A program made the position numbers and the translations under genes. The notes beneath the pieces were generated by a model. The model saw only the letters and a program-made list of their open reading frames with translations, had not been told where the DNA came from and did not search any database. From Alphaproteobacteria bacterium (lineage in GTDB: Bacteria; Pseudomonadota; Alphaproteobacteria; UBA828), in contig CBDEFM010000002.1 of NCBI GenBank assembly GCA_965237415.1, positions 672,001-736,000 on the forward strand: 64,000 bases of DNA. Direction: 5' to 3'. Of the stretch, positions 47,735-55,590 are shown in pieces (the first letter of the stretch is position 1; every line of letters starts with the position of its first letter).

Positions 47735-48499
47735 ATGAAGGAGCACGAGGAAGGCTATTCGATGCCGCTGGCGGCGCCGACCTTCACGAAGCCGCCGTTC
47801 TACGCGACGCCCGACAGCAAGATTTTGATGATGGCCTACCGCGCCGACCCCGAAGCGGTCGCCTTCGAGGTGCCGGAGCCGCTGGAGCCGGTCGAGCCCA
47901 ACCTGATGCTCGCCTGGCTCGGCGACATGGGCCAGCCGACCCACTCGGTCGACCTCTATCACGAGTGCCTGACCGCCATAATGGTCCGCTTCAAGGAATG
48001 GACGGGCTGGTATATCAACTACATCTGGGTCGATAACGACATGGCGCTCACCTTCGAGCGCGAGATTTACGGCTGGCCGGCGAACATGTGCGAGACCACG
48101 CCGCTGACCTTCCATGGCAGCCAGGCGATCGGCCATTGTCAGCGCGCCGGCGAATGCCTGATGCGGCTCAGCATGAACGTGACCAGCCCGCCCCCGATCC
48201 GCCGCGCCGACAGCGCCATCGAGGACCGCTTCGCCGAGCTGGTCGACGCCGACTTCCTGCAGATTCGCAAGCTCCCCCACCCCGAGGAGGGCGGCAAGCC
48301 GATCAAGCAGGTGCTCCTGATCCGGCCGGAGGATTTTGCGCTACACGAGATCTGGTCTGGCCCCGGCCACCTGGAGCTCGGGCGCTCCGGCCTCTACCCG
48401 CACCTCTACAAGCTCGAGCCGGTCGAGGTGCTGGAGACCTGGTACCTCAAGGCCTCCTGGGTCGTGCCTTACCCGAAGGTGGTCTGGGACAACGGTTAG
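47735..48499 (+). CDS. Acetoacetate decarboxylase-like superfamily protein lacking the Schiff-base lysine
   Basis: SMPLAAP..PP, YRADPE..VPEPLEP, YHEC, IWVDND, EREIYGWPAN (PKK in ADC), WSGPGHL. Confidence 0.75.
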   Translation: MKEHEEGYSMPLAAPTFTKPPFYATPDSKILMMAYRADPEAVAFEVPEPLEPVEPNLMLAWLGDMGQPTHSVDLYHECLTAIMVRFKEWTGWYINYIWVDNDMALTFEREIYGWPANMCETTPLTFHGSQAIGHCQRAGECLMRLSMNVTSPPPIRRADSAIEDRFAELVDADFLQIRKLPHPEEGGKPIKQVLLIRPEDFALHEIWSGPGHLELGRSGLYPHLYKLEPVEVLETWYLKASWVVPYPKVVWDNG

Positions 48500-48641
48500 G
48501 CCGAATGCCTCATCTGGGTCGCGGTCTGCGGCGGAAAAGGAGAAATTACAAAACGAACCCAATTTCGCATAACCCCCTTATATGACGCCATAAATTAGAA
48601 AACTATGCTTGGCGGACCCGCTGATCGCCGCCGGGTTGGCG

Positions 48642-49673
48642 TCAGGTCGAGATCATCTTCTTCTCGATGCCGACGCCGGCCTCGACGGCACGCTGATACT
48701 CGAGCGGGACGGTCGCCGAATCCTGGATCGCGATCCCGGTCGAATCGAAGAGCGTGACCTCGGTGTCGTCCCGGCGGCCCTCGAGCCTGTCGCAGATGAC
48801 GGCGCCGATCGCGCCGGCCACATCGTCGGCCGTGATGATGCCCTCCTTGATCGGCACGTTGATCTCGCCGTCGGGCACGCACTGCCTGATGTCGTCCACG
48901 AAAATACGCGCCCGCGCCGCGATGGCGCTTTCCAGCTCCTGATTGCCGGCGAGGTCGGAGCCCAGCGCTGCGATGTGGGTGCCGTCTGCGATCCACGCGT
49001 CCTTGACCACGGGATCGGCGCCGGTGGTGGTGGTGACGACCGCATCGGCGCCCCGCACCACCGCTTCGAGATCGGTGGAGGGGACAAGATTGAGGCCCGG
49101 ATGGCGCGGCGCCTCGCTCTCCATGAAGTTGTCGAGGGTGGCCTGGGTACGGCTCCAGACCCGGACCTCGGACCAGTCACGGACGGCGGCGCAGGTGCGG
49201 AGCGAGCCGATACCGACGTCGCCCGCGCCTACCAGGGCGAGGACGGACGCATCCTTGCGCGCGAGCCAGCGGATGGAGACCGCGGCGGAAGCGCCCGTGC
49301 GCATCATGGTGTGATAGCTGCCGTCGACGATGGCGAGCGGAAAGCCGGTCTCGGGCTCGGTGTAGACCAGGATCGAGAAGACCGTCGGCAGGTCGAACTT
49401 GGCGCGGTTGTGCTCACGGATCGAGACCCACTTGCAAGCAGCGGCCTCGGTCACGCCGGCGCCGGCCGGCTCCTCGATATAGGAGGGCATGACCTCCCAC
49501 TCGCCGGGATACTTGTCCAGCACGATGTGGCCCTTGGGCTCCAAGTAGCAGCGCCCCTCGCCGTGCCGGCGGAACGCGATCTCGACGCAATTCACGTACT
49601 CGCCGGGCTCCAGCAGGCCCATCATGTCGGTGCGGCTGAGGATCAGGGTCTTGCGGTTGCGCCAGCTCGTCAT
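48642..49673 (-). CDS. Ornithine cyclodeaminase / mu-crystallin / alanine dehydrogenase family
   Basis: KWVS, TGFPLAIVDG..TMMRTGA, VGAG, GTHIAALGSD, LFDSTGIAIQD. Confidence 0.88.
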   Translation of the reverse strand: MTSWRNRKTLILSRTDMMGLLEPGEYVNCVEIAFRRHGEGRCYLEPKGHIVLDKYPGEWEVMPSYIEEPAGAGVTEAAACKWVSIREHNRAKFDLPTVFSILVYTEPETGFPLAIVDGSYHTMMRTGASAAVSIRWLARKDASVLALVGAGDVGIGSLRTCAAVRDWSEVRVWSRTQATLDNFMESEAPRHPGLNLVPSTDLEAVVRGADAVVTTTTGADPVVKDAWIADGTHIAALGSDLAGNQELESAIAARARIFVDDIRQCVPDGEINVPIKEGIITADDVAGAIGAVICDRLEGRRDDTEVTLFDSTGIAIQDSATVPLEYQRAVEAGVGIEKKMIST

Positions 49674-52027
49674 GATTTGTCGGTTCCTTCCTTTGGCCCG
49701 GAGAGCGATTGCTCGTGCAGAATGCGCCAGATCGCCTCGGGCGTGGCCGGCATCTCCACTGCGTCGTGGCCGCCATGATCGCGGAGCGCATCGGCCACCG
49801 CGTTCATCACCGCCGCCGGCGCCACGATCGAACCGGCCTCGCCGCAGCCCTTCACGCCCAGCGCGTTCGTCAGGCACGGTATCACGGCGAAGTGCCCGTC
49901 GAAGAACGGCAGATTGTCGGCGCGCGGCAGCGCGTAGTCCATGAACGAGCCGGCGAGGAGCTGCCCGCTCGCCTCGTCGTAAACCGCATGCTCGGTGAGC
50001 GCCTGGCCGATCCCCTGGGCGATGGCGCCGTGGCATTGCCCCCCCACCAGGAGCGGATTGAGGATGCGCCCGAAGTCGTCCACGGCGGTGTAGCGAACGA
50101 TCCGCACGACGCCCGTCGCGCGCTCGATCTCCACCTCGCACACATGGCAGCCGTTGGAGAAGGTCACGGCGCGGGCCATGTGATGGACCTCGCAGTCGAG
50201 GCCAAGCGTCTCGGCCTCCGGCCGGAGCGCCGGGTCGAAGGAGGCACGGACGACCTCGGCGAAGCCGGCCGTGCGGTCAGTGCCGGCGATTCGGTAGCGC
50301 CCGTGCGTGAACTGCACGTCCTCCTCCCGCGCCTCCAGCAGGGCAGCGGCAACCGCGCGACCCTTCGCAACGGTCTCCGCCGCCGCGCGGCGCACGGCGT
50401 TCCCGCCGATTGGCAGGCTGCGCGAGCCGCTGGTACCGCTCCCGTGCGGAACGAGGTCGGTGTCCCCCTGCTGCACGCGCACGTCCCGCACGGGAATGCC
50501 GAGGCGCTCGGCGACGATCTGGGCGTAGGCCGTCTCATGCCCCTGCCCCGTCGACTGGCTGCCGATGAGCACCGTGGCCGCGCCTTCCTTATCGAAGCGG
50601 AGCGCCGCCCACTGGTCGCGGTTGCCGCCGCAGGGATCGACGTAGAGCGCGAGCCCGATGCCCCGCAGATGTGTCCCCTGCCCCGCACCCGCCTCTCGCC
50701 GTCGCGCGGCCTGCCAGCCGCCCGCTTGGCACGCCCTCTCCAGAACGGCTGTGAAATCGCCCGAGTCGTAGGTCTGCCCGAGCGCTGTGCGGTAGGGCAT
50801 GGCGCTTTCGGCAATGAGATTGCGGCGGCGCAGCTCGGCGGGGTCGAGGCCGAGGTCGTGCGCCGCCCGGTCGATCAGGCGCTCCAGCAGATAGACGTTC
50901 TCCGGCCTACCGGCACCGCGGTAGGCGTCGGTCGGCGCGGTGTTGGTGTAGGCGGCGCGGACCCGCACGTGGAGCGCAGGTGTCCGGTAAGGGCCGACCA
51001 GCGCACGGGTGCCGCCGGCGGTCGGGATGAACGGCCCGAAGTTGGAGGGATAGGCGCCGAGGTTGGCGACGCTGTCGACGGCGAGCGCGAGAAACCGCCC
51101 GTCGCCGTCGAGCGCCAGCGTCGCCCGCGAACGCAGGTCGCGGCCCTGATGGTCGCTCGCCATGGCCTCGCCCCGCTCCGCCACCCACTTGACCGGATGG
51201 CCGAGCGCGCGGGCGGCGAACAGCACGAGCGCATACTCGGGATAGACCCAGAGCTTGATTCCGAAGGCGCCGCCGACATCGGGTGTCACTACGCGGAGCC
51301 GCCGGGCGGGAACCTTCAGCACGTGCTGGGTCAGGATGTCCCGCACCAGATGAACGCCCTGCGTGCCGGTGGTGAGCGTGTAGACGCCGCTCCCCGCATC
51401 GAAAGTACCGAGCGCGGCGCGGGGCTCCATGGGGCAGCCGATGACGCGCTGGTTGTAGGTCTCGATGCTCACCCGGTGGGCCGCCCTGCCGAGCGCGTCC
51501 TCCACCGCCGCGCGGTCGCCCAACTCCCAGTTGACGCAGCAATTGCCCGGCGCCTCGGCGTGAAGCTCGGGCGCATCGGCCTGCAGCGCGGCGTCTGCAT
51601 CCGTGATTGCCGGGAGCGGCCGATAGGCGACGGAAACGGCCTCGACCGCTGCCTGGGCCTCGGCTGCGCTCTCGGCAACCACGAAGGCGACCGGGTCGCC
51701 GACTACGCGCACGCGCCCGGTTGCGAGCACCGGGCGGGGCGGCAAACGGGCGGCGCTGCCGTCGGCGCCCTTGGGCGCCATGACGCAGGGGATCGCCCCG
51801 ATGCCGGCATGGGCCAGATCGGCGGCGGTGAAGACGGCGCACACCCCCGGCAACGCTGCCGCAGCGCTTGCGTCGATCGGGCCGAGCTCGGCATGGGCAT
51901 AAGGCGAGCGCACGACGCAGCCCCATGCCTGGCGGGGGAGCACGACATCGTCGATATAACGCCCGCCGCCGGTCAGGAAGCGCTCGTCCTCCGTCCGCCT
52001 CTCCGCCGCGCCGATACCCTCTGCCAT
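49670..52027 (-). CDS. Xanthine dehydrogenase family molybdopterin-binding large subunit (form II CoxL-like)
   Basis: EDERFLTGGGRYIDD, MEPR, DVGGAFG, AYRGAGRPE, GQGHETAYAQ, GDTD, GVKGCGEAG. Confidence 0.9.
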   Translation of the reverse strand: MAEGIGAAERRTEDERFLTGGGRYIDDVVLPRQAWGCVVRSPYAHAELGPIDASAAAALPGVCAVFTAADLAHAGIGAIPCVMAPKGADGSAARLPPRPVLATGRVRVVGDPVAFVVAESAAEAQAAVEAVSVAYRPLPAITDADAALQADAPELHAEAPGNCCVNWELGDRAAVEDALGRAAHRVSIETYNQRVIGCPMEPRAALGTFDAGSGVYTLTTGTQGVHLVRDILTQHVLKVPARRLRVVTPDVGGAFGIKLWVYPEYALVLFAARALGHPVKWVAERGEAMASDHQGRDLRSRATLALDGDGRFLALAVDSVANLGAYPSNFGPFIPTAGGTRALVGPYRTPALHVRVRAAYTNTAPTDAYRGAGRPENVYLLERLIDRAAHDLGLDPAELRRRNLIAESAMPYRTALGQTYDSGDFTAVLERACQAGGWQAARRREAGAGQGTHLRGIGLALYVDPCGGNRDQWAALRFDKEGAATVLIGSQSTGQGHETAYAQIVAERLGIPVRDVRVQQGDTDLVPHGSGTSGSRSLPIGGNAVRRAAAETVAKGRAVAAALLEAREEDVQFTHGRYRIAGTDRTAGFAEVVRASFDPALRPEAETLGLDCEVHHMARAVTFSNGCHVCEVEIERATGVVRIVRYTAVDDFGRILNPLLVGGQCHGAIAQGIGQALTEHAVYDEASGQLLAGSFMDYALPRADNLPFFDGHFAVIPCLTNALGVKGCGEAGSIVAPAAVMNAVADALRDHGGHDAVEMPATPEAIWRILHEQSLSGPKEGTDKS

Positions 52028-52107
52028 CCCGCCCCCGCATTGCCGTCCCTGCGCGCGCACGTTAGATAGCCGGGCGCCAGGCCGCAATCGGCGGGAGATG
52101 CAAAGGC

Positions 52108-53581
52108 GTGGGAAGCAAAGACGACGGCTACGACGTGATCGTGGTGGGCTGCGGCATCGCCGGCCTCTCGGCCGCCGTCAGCGCCCAGCAGGCCGGCGCC
52201 CGTGTGGCGCTGCTGGAGCGTGCACCCAAGGAGGAGCGCGGCGGCAACACCCGCTACACCGAGTCCTTCTGGCGAATGCAGAGCCACGATGCGGTCTCCG
52301 AGGATTTTTGGGACCGCTTCGCCGAGAACGCCGGCGGTCACCTCGACCCGGCGGTGATCGAGGAGAGCGTGAAACCCTACGACGAATGGCCGCGGCTGCT
52401 GCGCGGCCTTGGTTTCGTCGATCCTGAGCTGGTCACGACGCTCGCCGACAATGCCGGGCCGACGCTGCGCTGGCTCACCGGCTTCGGGATCTCATTCGAC
52501 TTTCTGCCCAACTACTTCATCACCGAGAGCACGACGCGCATGGCCCCGGCGGGAGGCGGCCTCGCCCTGGTGGAGGCGCTGGCGGCGCATGCCGAATCCG
52601 TCCCTGACCGGATCGCCATCCACTACGAGACGACGGCACGCCGGCTCATCCAGGACGACGAGGGCCGGACGAACGGCGTCGGGGCGACCGGCGCCAACAA
52701 TCGGACCACACGCCTCCACGCACGCGCGGTGGTGCTGGCCTCCGGCGGCTTCGAGGGCAACCCCGAGATGCTGAGCCGCTATCTCGGCCCGCAGAGCCAG
52801 TTCATCCGCCCGGTCGCGCGCGGCGGCTACTACAACCGGGGCGAAGGCATCCGCATGGCGCTGGAGATCGGCGCCGCCCCCTGCGGCGACTACGGCAGCT
52901 TCCACGCTCAACCCGTCGATCCACGCTCCGGCCAGCACGAGCCGGTGGTGCTCAACTATCCTTACGGCATCCTGGTGAACCGCGAGGGCCGCCGCTTTGT
53001 CGACGAGGCGCCGGCGACGGTGGACGCGAGCTACGAGGCAGCCTCACGGTGGATGATGGCGCAGACCGAGGGCATCGCCTTCGCCATCACCGACGCAAGG
53101 CTCGACGACGTGCCCAACTGGCAGAAGTCGGTGCGCACCGACCAGCCGCCGGTGGAGGCGAAAACTCCGGCCGCTCTGGCTCAAGCGCTCGGCGTCGACG
53201 GCGACGGGCTCGCGCGCACGCTGGACGCCTACAACGCCGCTTGCCGGGCTGAGGACGGGTTCAAGCCTCTGGCCACTGGACAGGCTCGCGACGGAGGGCC
53301 TCACGCCCAGAAAATCCAACTGGGCGCGTCCCGTGGACCGGCCGCCCTTCCGCGCCTGGCCGATCATCGCCGCCAACTGCTTCACCGTCGGCGGCCTCAA
53401 GATCAACCCGCAGGCTCAGGTGCTCAACACAGACGGCGAGACGATCCCCGGCCTCTACGCGGCGGGCGAGACCGCCGGCCTCTATTACCGCACCTATACG
53501 GGCTCCACCTCGGTGATGCGGGGCGCGGTCTTCGGCCGGATCGCCGGCCTCGACGCGGCGGCGCGCAAGAACCGCCCGTAG
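52108..53581 (+). pseudogene. TcuA-like FAD-dependent dehydrogenase (FAD_binding_2), frameshifted near 53275
   Basis: VVGCGIAG, RGGNTRYT, LASGGFEGN. After FKPLA the homologous sequence (LDRLATEGLTPRKSNWARP..FTVGGLKIN..GLYAAGE..GAVFGRIAG) continues in another frame to the TAG at 53581. Confidence 0.8.
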
Positions 53582-53595
53582 TTGGCGGGGTCGCG

Positions 53596-53772
53596 GTGAG
53601 CCAAATCGCACTCCCCACCGTCTTCATGCGGGGCGGCACCAGCAAGGGCCTCTTCTTCCACCGCCGCGACCTGCCGGCGGAGCGGGCGCGTTGGGACGCG
53701 CTCTTCCTCGCCGCCCTCGGCAGCCCCGACCCGCACGGCCGCCAGCTCGATGGCATGGGCGGCGGCATCTCC
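53596..53772 (+). pseudogene. PrpF-family isomerase, N-terminal fragment
   Basis: GTG start, FMRGGTSKGLFF..DLP..LGSPDPHGRQLDGMGGGISS, then homology ends. Confidence 0.8.
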
Positions 53773-54230
53773 TCGGCAAGCACGGTAACGCCTATGTTGC
53801 CAAGCTCGTCAACAACATGCTCTGGAAGGTCCATGCTGCAGCCATCGGCGAGGCCATGGTCGCGGCCAAGGTCGCAGGCCTGGAGCCCCAGGTGTGGTGG
53901 GAGACGATGAAAGGCGGGGCGGCGGACAGTTACGTCATGCACCACGACGTGCCCGCTGTCTTCGCCGGCCATTACGACCCCTCCTTCCCGATCGCGCTCT
54001 GCCTCAAAGACCTCGACCTCATCGACGAGCTGATGCGGGAGACCGGCGTCCGCAACGACCTCATCGACGCCACGCACGCCCGCTTCCGCGAGGTCGGCGA
54101 GCGCTATGGCCTGGACGCCGGCGACATGACTGTGTGCAAGCTCCTGGAAGACGACGCGGGAGTCGAGCTCCGCGTCGCAGGCGATTGGGTGGCCTCCTGG
54201 GAAGTCCCCCACCCCGATGACGAGAGTTGA
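53772..54230 (+). pseudogene. Beta-hydroxyacid dehydrogenase (3-hydroxyisobutyrate DH family), C-terminal fragment
   Basis: LGKHGNAYVAKLVNN..GEAMVAAKVAGL..FPIALCLKDLDL; the N-terminal Rossmann domain is absent. Confidence 0.8.
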
Positions 54231-54364
54231 ACCCGGGTGCATACCGCCCATCGCCTCATGGAGGGCGGGTGTTGGTGCTCTCAGGAAGCCTCGCAAGAGA
54301 GGGCGCACCCGCCAGAGAGCCCCTTAAAGGGAGACTCGCTCCGCTCACGCGGCAATACACCCAA

Positions 54365-55415
54365 ACCGCTTATGCACATGGCTCCGGTTCGATCAACATG
54401 CTGTAGGTAAGGCGTTCTGCATTGGTGGCGAGGCGGAAGAGCGAGCGGAAAGCAGCGTGGCGGGTTTTGCGGCGGTTGAAGCGAAAGACGAACTCATCGA
54501 GATAGGCCTGCAGATGCTTGCGACGCAGCCCGTGGTAGACGCCTCGCGCCCATCCTTTGAGGTTGGAGAAGACTTGGTGGATCCACGGCAGGACGAGGTG
54601 AGCGGCGGTCTTCCCGACGACATGGACATTGTGGCGATCGGCGGGGACCGCAGCGTAGCCGGACCAGCCGTCGGTTTTCGCGATGGCGTCGGGATCGGCG
54701 GCGGTTTCGACGAAGTGTCCGAGGTCGGCGGCGCCGTAGGAGGAGATTTCGGCCAGCCGCAGGCGGCCTGGGATGTTTCCGTCCCCGAGTTCGATGGCGC
54801 CGACGATGAGCATCTTGCCGTCGTGGCTGCGTCCTTGCCCTCCGGTGGGAGGATCGTCTTTGGTCCGGAATGGAAGGCTGGCCTCGTCGATTTCCACCAG
54901 GCCCGACAACGGGTTGCGCTCGGGGTCGACCATGCTGGCGCGCAGCTTGTGGGCGAGCAGCCAAGCGCTGCGGTAAGAGCCGATACCGAGCTGTTTCTGG
55001 AGCTGCAGGGCAGAGATGCCGTTGGAGTGGGTCGCCATCAGGTAGGCGGCCCAGAACCAGACGGTGAGCGGCAGCTTGCTGGCGTGCAGGATCGTCCCGG
55101 CCGTCACCGAGGTCTGCCGGCGGCAGCCGGCGCACTCGAAGGTGTGTGCTTTTCTGCGCAGCGCCCATCCCTTTTCATGGCCGCACGCGGGACAGACGAA
55201 GCCGTCCGGCCAGCGCATTTCGATCAGCCAGGCGGCGCAGGCGTCATCGTCCGGGAACATGTGCTGGAAGGCGAGGAGGCTGTCGGGGACCTGTTTCATG
55301 TGGTGGCTCCGTCGGCAGGAACGTATAAGGAACATTCTACCCGTTCCCCCGCCCTAACCTCAACCTCAACATCTGGTGGCAAACTCTCGCGACCGGAGCC
55401 ATGTGCATAAGCGGT
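54365..55415 (-). mobile_element. IS1595-family insertion sequence (probably ISSod11 group), 1051 bp
   Basis: Perfect 24-bp TIR ACCGCTTATGCACATGGCTCCGGT at both ends. 8-bp direct repeat ACACCCAA at 54357-54364 and 55416-55423. Confidence 0.93.
54370..55299 (-). CDS. IS1595-family transposase
   Basis: Zn ribbon (RWPDGFVCPAC..FECAGC), SVTAGT, VEIDE, TDGW, WIHQVFSNLK, HLQAYLDEFVFRFNRR. Stop codon lies inside the TIR. Confidence 0.93.
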   Translation of the reverse strand: MKQVPDSLLAFQHMFPDDDACAAWLIEMRWPDGFVCPACGHEKGWALRRKAHTFECAGCRRQTSVTAGTILHASKLPLTVWFWAAYLMATHSNGISALQLQKQLGIGSYRSAWLLAHKLRASMVDPERNPLSGLVEIDEASLPFRTKDDPPTGGQGRSHDGKMLIVGAIELGDGNIPGRLRLAEISSYGAADLGHFVETAADPDAIAKTDGWSGYAAVPADRHNVHVVGKTAAHLVLPWIHQVFSNLKGWARGVYHGLRRKHLQAYLDEFVFRFNRRKTRHAAFRSLFRLATNAERLTYSMLIEPEPCA

Positions 55416-55536
55416 ACACCCAAAACTAATTTGTTTCTGAACTGGAGAGAATACGAACAAAAGTGATGGTGCTGACAGGGCGATCTCTTGCGACAACAAA
55501 ATGCGCAAATTTGTTGACGCAATTTCGACGACTCGA

Positions 55537-55545
55537 TGCTATAGT
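55537..55545 (+). promoter_or_regulatory. Candidate extended -10 promoter for the repeat-HEPN gene
   Basis: TGCTATAGT (TGn-TATAGT) about 45 nt upstream of the ORF in an AT-rich stretch. TTGACG at 55514 is 20 bp away, too far for a canonical -35. Confidence 0.35.
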
Positions 55546-55590
55546 AGCCTGAACAAATGTGGCACGCTTCGGTCTGATTGAGCTCGATGG

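Noticed and set aside
49670-52027. True aerobic CO dehydrogenase
   Set aside because: The active-site loop is AYRGAGR, not the form I AYxCSFR, and there are no coxS, coxM or accessory genes.
54356-55424. 10-bp target duplication TACACCCAAA with a 23-bp TIR
   Set aside because: Also consistent with the sequence, but a 24-bp TIR with an 8-bp repeat fits the IS1595-family norm better.
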